Assembly: GCA_949294555.1 (NCBI GenBank)
Contig: CASFHP010000004.1
Location: forward strand, 31,635-95,634
DNA from: an uncultured Eubacteriales bacterium
GTDB taxonomy: Bacteria; Bacillota; Clostridia; TANB77; CAG-508
Direction: 5' to 3'
DNA: 64,000 bases
The notes below the pieces were generated by a model that saw nothing but the letters and a program-made list of their open reading frames with translations, searched no databases and was not told the origin of the DNA. Position 1 is the first letter of the stretch; the number at the start of each line of letters is the position of its first letter. Positions 10,023-19,563 of this stretch are shown piece after piece. The position numbers and the translations under genes were made by a program.

Positions 10023-11624
10023 ATGAAAGACATTTGGAAGGCTTACAAAGATACGATTCTTGTTACAGGGATTGCTATTATATTTATAGTCTTTTTAATT
10101 ATACAACACCAATTTTTATATATGTATCATGATGATTATGGATATGCATCACTAAGTTATGCCTATCTAGTAGATGGGGTTAGTGGAACCAATTATTCTT
10201 TAGGACAGGTTTTTGAATTTTTAAGTGGACATTATCAAATATGGGGTGGAAGAATACTATATTTCTTCTTTGAGATTGTCCTACTAGGATATACAGGACT
10301 TGCAGGCTATAGAATTGTGCAAGCACTTGCCATATTCGGTATCTTTTTTGCAATGTATAAAATCATGCATAAACTTTTAGGAGACAAAGTGGAAAGATGG
10401 AAATTAGCCTTAACATGCATGCTATTATATGGTATTATAGAAATTATGACTTTCCGAACGGGAATATTTTGGATTACGGCAGCAGTATTATATATAATTC
10501 CGATTTTATTTTTATTTATTTATGTGTATGTATATATGTTCAAAATCAAAGGGGAACAAACAAATACGAAGGCAAAAAACATTCTATATATAACAATCAT
10601 GGGCATTTGTATCTTTTTAGCAACATTTTCACAAGAACAAGTAGGTGTTGCTAGTTTAATGTTTGTGCTAATCTATACAGTGTATAATGCAATTAAAAAT
10701 AAAAAGGTAAGTAAAATAGATATAGCGATGAGTGTCATTGCGATTATTGGTTTTGCCATTTTAATGCTAGCACCAGGAAATGAACTAAGAAAAGAACATC
10801 CAACAAGTATTGATTTTTATCAAAAGCCATTACTAGAAAGGACAATAGACGGAATTCAAGCAACGATTGAAGGGAATTTTGGAGAAAATAATAAAATTTT
10901 TGGACTTTTCTTCTTTACAACTGTATTGATAGCAAGTGTACAAAATATCAGAAAACGATATGGAATTAAATGGATGAACTATATAAGCTTATTATCAACA
11001 GCAGGAATAACTATGTTAATGTTCATCAAAACAGAAGGATATTTTAGTTATGTATATTCATTGGTACAAGGTCATAGATTGATTTTAATTGCTACCATTG
11101 GCTTTACGCTACTACAATTATTCTTCATTGCATATACAATTACGATGTATTTATGGAACAAAAAATCGGAAGGACTGATTAACCTCTTCTATTGTGCGAT
11201 TATTTCTCAAGGGGTTATGATTGTAGCACCATATTTTGCTTCTCGCTCAAGCATTGTATTTGAAATCCTATATTGTGTAATCGCACTAAAAATCATAGGA
11301 GACCTGTATAAGGAAAACGGTGCAAAACAAATAGTAACATGTATCATGATACCATTTTTAGTGATTTGTTTATTAAATATGCTTATTATTACAAAAGGCT
11401 ATTATGAAAATAGTCATGTGAATGCAGAAAATGACCAAAAGTTACGAGCTGTTTCTGAACAGATTGCGAATGGCGAAGAAATAACAGAAGTAACATTAAA
11501 ACAATTACCAAATATTTTATATAGTGGGGACCAACCATATACAGAAGGAAATGATTATATAAAATATTATATGAGACAATATTATAATTTACCAGAAAAC
11601 TTTGTTATCAATTATGAGGAATAA
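10023..11624 (+). CDS. Large polytopic membrane protein (possible GT-C glycosyltransferase or polymerase)
   Basis: 533 aa with about 13 hydrophobic helices and a GGAGGAGCAAGT SD. Function is inferred from context only. Confidence 0.6.
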   Translation: MKDIWKAYKDTILVTGIAIIFIVFLIIQHQFLYMYHDDYGYASLSYAYLVDGVSGTNYSLGQVFEFLSGHYQIWGGRILYFFFEIVLLGYTGLAGYRIVQALAIFGIFFAMYKIMHKLLGDKVERWKLALTCMLLYGIIEIMTFRTGIFWITAAVLYIIPILFLFIYVYVYMFKIKGEQTNTKAKNILYITIMGICIFLATFSQEQVGVASLMFVLIYTVYNAIKNKKVSKIDIAMSVIAIIGFAILMLAPGNELRKEHPTSIDFYQKPLLERTIDGIQATIEGNFGENNKIFGLFFFTTVLIASVQNIRKRYGIKWMNYISLLSTAGITMLMFIKTEGYFSYVYSLVQGHRLILIATIGFTLLQLFFIAYTITMYLWNKKSEGLINLFYCAIISQGVMIVAPYFASRSSIVFEILYCVIALKIIGDLYKENGAKQIVTCIMIPFLVICLLNMLIITKGYYENSHVNAENDQKLRAVSEQIANGEEITEVTLKQLPNILYSGDQPYTEGNDYIKYYMRQYYNLPENFVINYEE

Positions 11625-11640
11625 GAGGGGAAGGCTTGAC

Positions 11641-13299
11641 ATGCAAGAAGAAATTACAGAAAAACAAGAGATAATGAAAGTAGAAAAGACAAGTAAAATA
11701 GAAAATATATTGATACAAATTTGTTTTTTTATAGGTATATGTATAACGATTGGATTAGGAATAGCAGCCTTTATTATTACGTATTATTTTACAAATAAAT
11801 ATTCAGCGTATTTAGAGTTTATGAGTATTCGTATAGATAATATGTTATTAAATATAGTAGGTGTTGCCATATTTTTAATAGTAGTGTATATGATAAAAAA
11901 ACTGCTGAAAAAAATTCCTAGTGAAATGTTATGTGTATTCACAGTTGTTACCATTATGCTATTATCTGCTATATTTATTTATTGGGCAAGAATTTTACCA
12001 AAGGCTGACCAAGAGATGATGACACATTTGGCTTCAGAATTTATAAAAGGAAATTATGATTCTCTAGAGCCAGGGGGATATTTACATACATATCCATTTC
12101 AATTAGGATATATTTATCTTACAGAAATCCTATTTAGACTATTAGGCGAAGATGCTATTGTTATGCAAATGGTAAATGTTCTTTGTATAGGTGGTATTGT
12201 ACAATTATTATATAATTTCACAAAAAAAATCTTTCAAAATCAAGAAGTGAATAAAATTTTTTGCATACTTATGCTAGGATTTTTACCAATTATTTTCTTT
12301 TCTACTTTTATATATGGTAATATCATAGGACTATTGTTTGCATTAATTGCCATTTATCAAATTTGTTTGTATAGAGAACAAAGAAAAGTAAAATATTTAA
12401 TAATTGCTAGTGTTAGTATAGGAATTTCTGTATTACTAAAGAAAAATTATCAAATATTTTTTGTTGGAATGGTTATCTTATGGATATTAGACTTTATTGA
12501 AAAAAGAGACAAAAAAATCTTTATAGGAATTGTATTATCTGCAGTCTGCATGGTTCTATTTGGTAAACTGGTTTATTTCTATACAGAACAACGAACAGGT
12601 ATAGAAGTAGCAGATGGAATACCAATGGTTTCGTATTTTCAAATGGGATTGCGACAAGGGAATGAAAACAAAATGGCAGGATGGTATGATGCAAGTACAG
12701 TTATGATATACAAACAAGCTAATGAAGATGCACAAGAAGCTTCTAAACAAAGTTTAGAAGAACTAAAAGAACTTTTACAAGAATATGCCAATAATCCTTC
12801 AGAAGCTGTTAACATGCTGATAGAAAAAATTGAAACTACATGGTTAGAACCAACTTTTCAAACAATTTGGATAAATGAACCAGCAGAAAACTTTGGAAAA
12901 ACACCGGAAAGTATGACAAGTAATAAAGTATTAATTAGTTTTTTTGATGGAAAATTATCAACAGCATATATAGAATATAATAATATTTATCAAATTGTAT
13001 TATATATAATGGCAGGAATTGGCTTGATAGTGGAATTCAAAAAGCCAAATATAGAAAAATTAAGTTTAATTTTAATGGTAATTGGTGGATTTACTTTCCA
13101 TTTGTTATGGGAAACAAAAGCATATTATGTTTTAACATTTTATATATTGCTATTACCATATGCGGCAAATGGTTTACAATTTATATTTGAAAAAATAAGA
13201 AAACAATGTTATAATTTGTCAAAAAGGAAGAAGGAAAAATTAGAAGGAGGATATAAAAGCGAAAATGGAAACAATAAAAGTACTATGGAACAAATATAA
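11641..13299 (+). CDS. ArnT/PMT_2-like GT-C membrane glycosyltransferase (tentative)
   Basis: The start is moved to ATG 11641 (SD GGAAGG 6 nt upstream). It is multi-TM with a large extracytoplasmic C-terminal region and sits next to GtrA and the GtrB-like genes. Confidence 0.55.
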   Translation: MQEEITEKQEIMKVEKTSKIENILIQICFFIGICITIGLGIAAFIITYYFTNKYSAYLEFMSIRIDNMLLNIVGVAIFLIVVYMIKKLLKKIPSEMLCVFTVVTIMLLSAIFIYWARILPKADQEMMTHLASEFIKGNYDSLEPGGYLHTYPFQLGYIYLTEILFRLLGEDAIVMQMVNVLCIGGIVQLLYNFTKKIFQNQEVNKIFCILMLGFLPIIFFSTFIYGNIIGLLFALIAIYQICLYREQRKVKYLIIASVSIGISVLLKKNYQIFFVGMVILWILDFIEKRDKKIFIGIVLSAVCMVLFGKLVYFYTEQRTGIEVADGIPMVSYFQMGLRQGNENKMAGWYDASTVMIYKQANEDAQEASKQSLEELKELLQEYANNPSEAVNMLIEKIETTWLEPTFQTIWINEPAENFGKTPESMTSNKVLISFFDGKLSTAYIEYNNIYQIVLYIMAGIGLIVEFKKPNIEKLSLILMVIGGFTFHLLWETKAYYVLTFYILLLPYAANGLQFIFEKIRKQCYNLSKRKKEKLEGGYKSENGNNKSTMEQI

Positions 13300-13687
13300 A
13301 GAAATTATTAATTATCTAATATTCGGTGTATTAACGACACTTGTGAATTATGTGTCATACCTTATCTTAGCAAAAGCATGTAATGTTGATTATATGGTAA
13401 GTACGGTCATTGCACAAATTATATCCATTCTATTTGCTTATGTGACCAATAAGCTATTTGTATTTCAAACAAAAGGATTAAGCAAAAAAGAATTTTTCAA
13501 AGAAATGTTTTCTTTCTTTGGATTTAGAATTTTATCTCTATTTTTAGATATGGGATTTATGTACCTATTTGTAGATGTTTTACACTTAAATGATGTGATT
13601 ATGAAATTAGTTTCAAATGTACTAATTGTCATTGCAAATTACATATTTAGTAAAGTATTTATATTTAAAAAGAAAACAAAAGAGTAA
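13265..13687 (+). CDS. GtrA-family small membrane protein (lipid-linked sugar translocase family)
   Basis: 140 aa with 4 TM helices. Motifs LIFGVLTTLVNYVSYLIL and AYVTNKLFVFQ are typical of GtrA-like proteins. Confidence 0.8.
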   Translation: METIKVLWNKYKEIINYLIFGVLTTLVNYVSYLILAKACNVDYMVSTVIAQIISILFAYVTNKLFVFQTKGLSKKEFFKEMFSFFGFRILSLFLDMGFMYLFVDVLHLNDVIMKLVSNVLIVIANYIFSKVFIFKKKTKE

Positions 13688-13764
13688 AAGATAGGTTGCC
13701 TAAATGAATATTGTGTACTATATGAGAGAAAAAAATATATTTTATAATAGGAGATGTGAAAATA

Positions 13765-14727
13765 ATGGAAACAAAGAAAAAAATATCATTTGTTATACCA
13801 ATGTATTATGAAGAAAAAGTTGTAGAAGAATGTTATAAAAGAGTAAAAAATGTATTAAATGATTTATCACAATATGACCATGAAATAATTGTGATAAATG
13901 ACGGAAGTACAGATGAAACGTTACCACTTTTAGAAAAAATAGCAAAAAACGATAAATCATTAAAAGTAGTTTCTTTTTCAAGAAACTTTGGGCATCAAGC
14001 AGCTGTTACAGCAGGGTTAAAATATGTAACAGGAGATGCGATTGTCATTATTGATGCTGATTTACAAGACCCACCAGAACTTATTAAAGATATGATAAAG
14101 TTATGGGAAGAAGGCAATGAAGTTATTTATGGAAAAAGAAAAACTAGAAAAGGAGAATCTGCCTTTAAATTATTTACAGCAAAAATGTTCTATAAAACAC
14201 TAAATGCCTTATCAGATGTAGAAATCCCAAAAGACACAGGAGATTTTCGATTAGTAGATAGAAAAGTCGTAGATACGATTAATCAAATGCCAGAACATAA
14301 CAAATTTTTAAGAGGATTATTTAGTTGGGTAGGATATAAACAAAAAGCTTTTGAATATGAAAGACAAGAACGATTTGCTGGAAAAACAAAATATCCATTG
14401 AAAAAGATGTTAAAACTTGCATCTGATGGAATAATAGGTTTTTCTACCAAACCACTAAAATTAGTAGGAATTTTAGGTATTATTTCTATTGTGATATCCT
14501 TTATTTTATTAATATATGCCTTAATATCTTATCTATTTCAATTAAATAATTTATCTGCTGGTTGGACATCTATTATGGTAGCCATTACCTTTTTTGCAGG
14601 GGTACAGCTATTATCTATTTGGATTATTGCAGAATATATAGGAAAAATATATGACGAATCAAAAAGAAGACCACAATATATTGTTGACAAGACAATTAAT
14701 ATAGAGGAAGAAGAGGTTGAAAAGTAA
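13765..14727 (+). CDS. GtrB/CsbB-like polyprenyl-phosphate glycosyltransferase (GT2 with 2 C-terminal TM helices)
   Basis: Motifs SFVIPMYYEE, INDGSTDET, FSRNFGHQAA and DADLQDPP are present, with two C-terminal TM helices. ATG 13765 is preferred over GTG 13756 on SD spacing. Confidence 0.85.
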   Translation: METKKKISFVIPMYYEEKVVEECYKRVKNVLNDLSQYDHEIIVINDGSTDETLPLLEKIAKNDKSLKVVSFSRNFGHQAAVTAGLKYVTGDAIVIIDADLQDPPELIKDMIKLWEEGNEVIYGKRKTRKGESAFKLFTAKMFYKTLNALSDVEIPKDTGDFRLVDRKVVDTINQMPEHNKFLRGLFSWVGYKQKAFEYERQERFAGKTKYPLKKMLKLASDGIIGFSTKPLKLVGILGIISIVISFILLIYALISYLFQLNNLSAGWTSIMVAITFFAGVQLLSIWIIAEYIGKIYDESKRRPQYIVDKTINIEEEEVEK

Positions 14728-15669
14728 ATGGACAAAATATCTGTAATTATATCTTGCTATAATGAAGAACAAAGCATACCATTATTTTATAAAGAAATAG
14801 AACGTGTGAGAAAACAAGACTTTGCTGAAACAGAATTTGAATATATTTTTGTAAATGATGGTTCAAGAGACAAAACACTAGAAGAAATCAAAGAACTAAG
14901 ACAGCACGATGCAAAAGTACGATATATTTCATTTTCAAGGAATTTTGGGAAAGAAGCTGCTATGCTTGCAGGCTTAGAGCATGCAGAAGGTGACTATATT
15001 ACTTTAATGGATGCTGATTTACAAGACCCACCAGCTTTATTAAGAAAAATGTATGATTGCATAAAAAATGAAGGATATGATTGCGTAGCAACAAGAAGGG
15101 TAAATAGAAAAGGAGAGCCACCAATTAGAAGCTTTTTTGCAAGGATTTTCTATAAATTAATTAATAAAATGTCAAATGTAGAAATGGTAGATGGTGCAAG
15201 AGATTATCGATTAATGACAAGGCAAATGGTACAAGCTATTATTTCTGTAAAGGAATATAATCGTTATTCAAAAGGTATTTTTAGCTTTGTTGGATTTAAA
15301 ACCAAATGGTTAGAATATGAAAATGTCGAAAGAGTTGCAGGAGAAACAAAATGGTCTTTTTGGAAATTGTTTAAATACGCCATAGAAGGTATTACAGCAT
15401 TTTCTACAACACCATTAATGATATCTTCTGTTATAGGTTTACTATTTTGCTTTGTAGCTTTTATATTGATATTGTTTATTATCATAAGAACTTTAGTATA
15501 TGGAGACCCAACTTCTGGTTGGCCTTCTATGGTATGTATCATATTTTTTGTTAGTGGTATTCAATTATTTTCTTTGGGAATTATTGGACAATATTTGTCT
15601 AAGACATATCTTGAAGTGAAAAATAGACCAATTTATATCATAAAGGAAACAGAGAAAGATGAAAAATAA
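14728..15669 (+). CDS. Second GtrB/CsbB-like polyprenyl-phosphate glycosyltransferase (tandem paralogue)
   Basis: Motifs SVIISCYNEE, VNDGSRDKT, FSRNFGKEAA and DADLQDPP are present, with two C-terminal TM helices. It starts directly after the stop of the previous gene. Confidence 0.85.
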   Translation: MDKISVIISCYNEEQSIPLFYKEIERVRKQDFAETEFEYIFVNDGSRDKTLEEIKELRQHDAKVRYISFSRNFGKEAAMLAGLEHAEGDYITLMDADLQDPPALLRKMYDCIKNEGYDCVATRRVNRKGEPPIRSFFARIFYKLINKMSNVEMVDGARDYRLMTRQMVQAIISVKEYNRYSKGIFSFVGFKTKWLEYENVERVAGETKWSFWKLFKYAIEGITAFSTTPLMISSVIGLLFCFVAFILILFIIIRTLVYGDPTSGWPSMVCIIFFVSGIQLFSLGIIGQYLSKTYLEVKNRPIYIIKETEKDEK

Positions 15670-15671
15670 TT

Positions 15672-15942
15672 AAAAAATTTGTTACAATTAACAGTTTAAA
15701 TATCAAGTAAAATCAGAAACCAGTAATATATAAATATTTTATTCATTAAATGGCTAACATTACAGAATAAACAAATTATAATCTTATCAAGTGTAAAATC
15801 GCTGGCGTACCGCGACTTTTCCACTTGATAAGATAACAATTTGTAATATTCTTCCATTTGCACATTTAATTTCATAAAATATTTATATATTACTGGTTTC
15901 TGATTGTTTTAGAAATCGAATGTTAATTGTAACAAATTTTTT
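15672..15942 (+). repeat. Giant nested hairpin, copy A (149-nt conserved core 15734-15882 inside unique perfect arms)
   Basis: 15672-15693 pairs 22/22 with 15921-15942, and 15711-15740 pairs 30/30 with 15876-15905. The core is 146/149 identical to 24822-24970. Confidence 0.85.
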
Positions 15943-15958
15943 CTCCAAGTTCTTAGGA

Positions 15959-15990
15959 AAGTGCAGGAAAAGTCTTGTACTTTTTTGTTT
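15959..15990 (+). terminator. Rho-independent terminator
   Basis: The stem AAGTGCAGG/CTTGTACTT (9 bp, with two G:U pairs in the + sense) is followed by TTTTGTTTT. Confidence 0.7.
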
Positions 15991-16045
15991 TAAATGATAT
16001 GATATATACGGTTTTTATAGGAAAAAAATTAGGAGGAGAGTAGTT

Positions 16046-16915
16046 ATGAAAATATTAATAACTGGAGCAAATGGAATGCTTGCAAGTTCTGTAAGAAAAA
16101 GATTAGCAAATGGAAATGAATTAATTTGTACAGATGTAGCAGATTTAGATATTACTGATTTAGAGGCTGTTAAAAAGAAAGTGGCAGAGATTAAGCCAGA
16201 ATATATTGTGAATTGTGCAGCTTATACAGCTGTTGATAAGGCAGAAGATAATTATGAAATTGCAGATAAAATTAATGGTGATGGACCAAGAAATTTAGCA
16301 ATTGCTGCTAAAATTGAAGATGCAACTTTAATTCATATTAGTACAGATTATGTATTTAATGGAGAATTAGATGTATCAAAAGCATATAGTGAGGATGACG
16401 AAGTAGGACCTGTAACGGTTTATGGAAAAACAAAGTTACATGGAGAAGAAGGTGTAAAGGAAAATACAGATAAGTATTATATCTTTAGAACTGCATGGCT
16501 ATATGGAGATGGAAATAATTTTGTTAGAACTATGTTAAAATTAGGAAAAACAAAAGATGAATTAAATGTTGTAGCAGACCAACACGGAAGCCCAACATAT
16601 GCAGAAGATTTAGCTAACATTATTGCAGAGGCTATTGAAAAGAAAATACCATATGGCATTTATCATACAACAAATCAAGAATTTACAACTTGGTATGATT
16701 TTACAAAGAAAATATTTGAATTGGCAAATATTTCTTGCAAAGTAAATCCAGTGTCAACAGAGAAATATATAGAGATTATGAATATAAAACAGGCTAAAAG
16801 ACCATTTAATTCTCAATTAAGCAAGGAAAAAATCTTAGCACAAGGTATTTCTATTCCAAATTGGGAAGATGGATTAAAAAGATATTTAGAAGTGGAATTA
16901 AATAAAAAAGATTAA
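16046..16915 (+). CDS. rmlD: dTDP-4-dehydrorhamnose reductase
   Basis: The N-terminus ILITGANGMLA, the STDYVF motif and the overall RmlD length (289 aa) fit. It is the first gene of the rmlDACB block. Confidence 0.9.
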   Translation: MKILITGANGMLASSVRKRLANGNELICTDVADLDITDLEAVKKKVAEIKPEYIVNCAAYTAVDKAEDNYEIADKINGDGPRNLAIAAKIEDATLIHISTDYVFNGELDVSKAYSEDDEVGPVTVYGKTKLHGEEGVKENTDKYYIFRTAWLYGDGNNFVRTMLKLGKTKDELNVVADQHGSPTYAEDLANIIAEAIEKKIPYGIYHTTNQEFTTWYDFTKKIFELANISCKVNPVSTEKYIEIMNIKQAKRPFNSQLSKEKILAQGISIPNWEDGLKRYLEVELNKKD

Positions 16916-17017
16916 GAATATATAATGAAGAATTGTATTTATAGAAAAAAGTAAAAATAGTTGTAGTTAAATTATATCAAAATTTAATTCCAGTGTATGG
17001 AGAAAGGAATGAGAAAA

Positions 17018-17908
17018 ATGAAAAAGAGAAAAGGAATTATTTTAGCAGGAGGTAGTGGAACAAGATTATATCCATTAACACTTGCTATATCAAAACAAAT
17101 CATGCCAGTATATGATAAACCAATGATATATTATCCATTATCCGTATTAATGGAAGCAGAAGTAAGAGAAGTGTTAATTATATCAACACCTAGAGATATG
17201 CCTGTATTCAAAGAATTATTAGGCGATGGTTCTCAATGGGGAATGCATTTTGAATATAAAATTCAAGAAAAACCAAATGGATTAGCAGAAGCTTTTATCA
17301 TTGGTGCTGACTTTATCGGAGAAGATAATGTCGTTATGATTTTAGGAGATAATATGTTCTATGGTTCTCATTTGCCTGAAATTTTAAGAAGAGCTAGCAA
17401 AAGAGAAGATGAAGCAACAATTTTTGGATATTATGTAAAAGACCCAAGAGCCTATGGCGTAGTAGAAATTGACGAAAATGGAAAAGCAATTTCTATTGAA
17501 GAAAAACCAAAAGAACCAAAATCAAATTATGCAGTTCCAGGATTATATTTCTATACAAACGAAGTTGTAGAAATTGCAAAAGGTATTAAACCTTCTGCAA
17601 GAGGAGAATTAGAAATCACAACTGTTAATGATGAATATATGAAAATGAAAAAACTAACAGTAGAAAAATTAGGAAGAGGAATGACATGGTTTGATACAGG
17701 TACACATGATGCTTTATTAGAAACAGCAAGCTTTGTTCAAACTATTGAAAAAAGACAAGGAATGCAGGTTTGTTGCCCAGAAGAAATCGCCTTTAAGAAA
17801 GGTTGGATTTCAAGTGAAGAATTATTAGCTTTAGCACAAAAATATATGAAGACAGAATATGGTGTATATTTGAAAGATTTAGCAGAAAATAGATTTGGAA
17901 ATGAGTAA
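17018..17908 (+). CDS. rmlA: Glucose-1-phosphate thymidylyltransferase
   Basis: Motifs [17 protein letters not shown] and [14 protein letters not shown] are present. The start is set at ATG 17018 on SD spacing. Confidence 0.92.
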   Translation: MKKRKGIILAGGSGTRLYPLTLAISKQIMPVYDKPMIYYPLSVLMEAEVREVLIISTPRDMPVFKELLGDGSQWGMHFEYKIQEKPNGLAEAFIIGADFIGEDNVVMILGDNMFYGSHLPEILRRASKREDEATIFGYYVKDPRAYGVVEIDENGKAISIEEKPKEPKSNYAVPGLYFYTNEVVEIAKGIKPSARGELEITTVNDEYMKMKKLTVEKLGRGMTWFDTGTHDALLETASFVQTIEKRQGMQVCCPEEIAFKKGWISSEELLALAQKYMKTEYGVYLKDLAENRFGNE

Positions 17909-17976
17909 AAAAATTATTCGTACAATATTTAAAGAAATTGAGTAGAAAAGTCTATTTTTTAAGGGGGAAAATTCAA

Positions 17977-18558
17977 ATGGGAAAATTTAAAAAAATCGAA
18001 ACATCTATAAAAGATGTATATATTATTGAACCAACAGTATTTGGCGATAACAGAGGATATTTTATGGAAACATATAGTGATGCAGAATTTGCAGAAATTG
18101 GATTACATTATCACTTTGTACAAGACAATCAATCAAAATCAAGAAAAGGTGTTTTAAGAGGGTTACACTTCCAAAAAGAAAATACACAAGCAAAATTAGT
18201 TAGATGTATTAAAGGAGAAGTATTTGATGTTGCAGTAGACTTAAGACCAGGAAGTGAAACATATGGTAAATGGGAAGGGGTTATCCTTTCAGAAGAAAAT
18301 AAAAAAATGTTTATGATACCAAGAGGATTTGCGCATGGATTTTTAGTATTATCAGATGAGGCAGAATTTACATATAAATGTGATGATATATATAACCATG
18401 AAGCAGAAGGTGGCTTAGCTTGGAATGATAAAGATGTCAATATTGATTGGCCTTTAGGAGATATGAAAATTGAAGATTTATTAACATCAGAAAAAGACGC
18501 AAAATGGCCTTCATTAAAAGAATTAAAAGAAACAGATTTATTTAAGAATTTAAAATAA
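17977..18558 (+). CDS. rmlC: dTDP-4-dehydrorhamnose 3,5-epimerase
   Basis: Motifs FGDNRGYFMETY, RGLHFQ and PRGFAHGF are present. The start is set at ATG 17977, behind an AAGGGGGA SD. Confidence 0.92.
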   Translation: MGKFKKIETSIKDVYIIEPTVFGDNRGYFMETYSDAEFAEIGLHYHFVQDNQSKSRKGVLRGLHFQKENTQAKLVRCIKGEVFDVAVDLRPGSETYGKWEGVILSEENKKMFMIPRGFAHGFLVLSDEAEFTYKCDDIYNHEAEGGLAWNDKDVNIDWPLGDMKIEDLLTSEKDAKWPSLKELKETDLFKNLK

Positions 18559-18582
18559 TAAACGAAAGGAATGTAGAAAAAG

Positions 18583-19551
18583 ATGAAAAACAATATTTTA
18601 GTAACAGGAGCAGCTGGATTTATAGGAGCAAATTTTGCAGAATTTTTTGTAAACAAACATCCAGACTATAATGTCATTGTATTAGACAAATTAACATATG
18701 CAGGAAATATGGACAACTTAAAAAAAGTAATGGACAAAATTACTTTTGAAAAAGGAGATATTTGTGATTTTGAATTTGTAACAGAATTATTTAAAAAATA
18801 TGATATTAATGGTGTTATCCATTTTGCAGCAGAATCTCATGTAGATAATAGTATTAAAACACCATTTATCTTCACACAAACCAATGTATTGGGAACACAT
18901 ACTCTTTTAGAAGTAGCAAAACAAACATGGGGAGAAGGAAGCAGTAACAAATTTGTTCATATATCAACAGATGAAGTATATGGAACTTTAGGAGAAGAGG
19001 GATACTTTACAGAAAAATCTCCAATACAACCAAACAGCCCATATTCAGCATCAAAAGCAAGTTCAGATTTAATTGCTTTAGCATATCATGAAACCTATAA
19101 AATGAACGTAACTGTAACAAACTGTTCTAACAATTATGGTCCATATCAACATAATGAAAAATTAATTCCACATATGATTAAATTAGCTTTAAAAGATGAA
19201 AAACTACCAGTTTATGGAACAGGAAGAAATATTAGAGATTGGCTATATGTAGAAGACCATTGTGAAGCAATCGACTTAGTATTCCATAATGGAAAAGCTG
19301 GAGAAAGATATAATATTGGTGGACATAATGAAAAGAGAAATATTGAAATTGTTAAATTAATTTTAAAGAGATTAGATAAATCAGAATCATTAATTGAATT
19401 TGTTGAGGACAGAAAAGGACATGATTATAGATATGCTATAGACCCAACAAAAATCAAAAATGAACTAGGTTGGTATCCAAAAACAAAGTTTGAAGATGGA
19501 ATTGTAAAAACAATTGACTGGTATTTAGAAAATCCAGAATGGTTAAACTAA
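18583..19551 (+). CDS. rmlB: dTDP-glucose 4,6-dehydratase
   Basis: Motifs ILVTGAAGFIGANF, HISTDEVYG and YSASKA (the SDR YxxxK motif) are present. Confidence 0.92.
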   Translation: MKNNILVTGAAGFIGANFAEFFVNKHPDYNVIVLDKLTYAGNMDNLKKVMDKITFEKGDICDFEFVTELFKKYDINGVIHFAAESHVDNSIKTPFIFTQTNVLGTHTLLEVAKQTWGEGSSNKFVHISTDEVYGTLGEEGYFTEKSPIQPNSPYSASKASSDLIALAYHETYKMNVTVTNCSNNYGPYQHNEKLIPHMIKLALKDEKLPVYGTGRNIRDWLYVEDHCEAIDLVFHNGKAGERYNIGGHNEKRNIEIVKLILKRLDKSESLIEFVEDRKGHDYRYAIDPTKIKNELGWYPKTKFEDGIVKTIDWYLENPEWLN

Positions 19552-19563
19552 AAGGAGGAGACA

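Noticed and set aside
15678-15693. A Rex-like operator (TTGTTA-CAAT-TAACA) lies in the outer arm of hairpin A.
   Set aside because: The half-site spacing is shorter than the TTGTTAA-N4-TTAACAA consensus, and the palindrome is simply part of the 22-bp stem.
15696-15875. A minus-strand ORF runs through the conserved hairpin core. It encodes MKLNVQMEEYYKLLSYQVEKSRYASDFTLDKIIICLFCN..., 59 aa in copy A and 47 aa in copy B.
   Set aside because: Neither copy has an SD. The C-termini differ because they run into the non-homologous arms. Two of the three substitutions are non-synonymous. The palindromic structure explains the conservation better. Leaderless translation cannot be fully excluded.
18129-18656. 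Long antisense or overlapping ORFs in the track. Examples are 18129-18656, 47117-47656, 43193-43591, 30961-31383, 33871-34293, 23788-24210, 20016-20423 and 46274-46708.
   Set aside because: Each lies entirely within, or antisense to, a gene with strong family motifs. They lack SDs and have low-complexity or biased composition.
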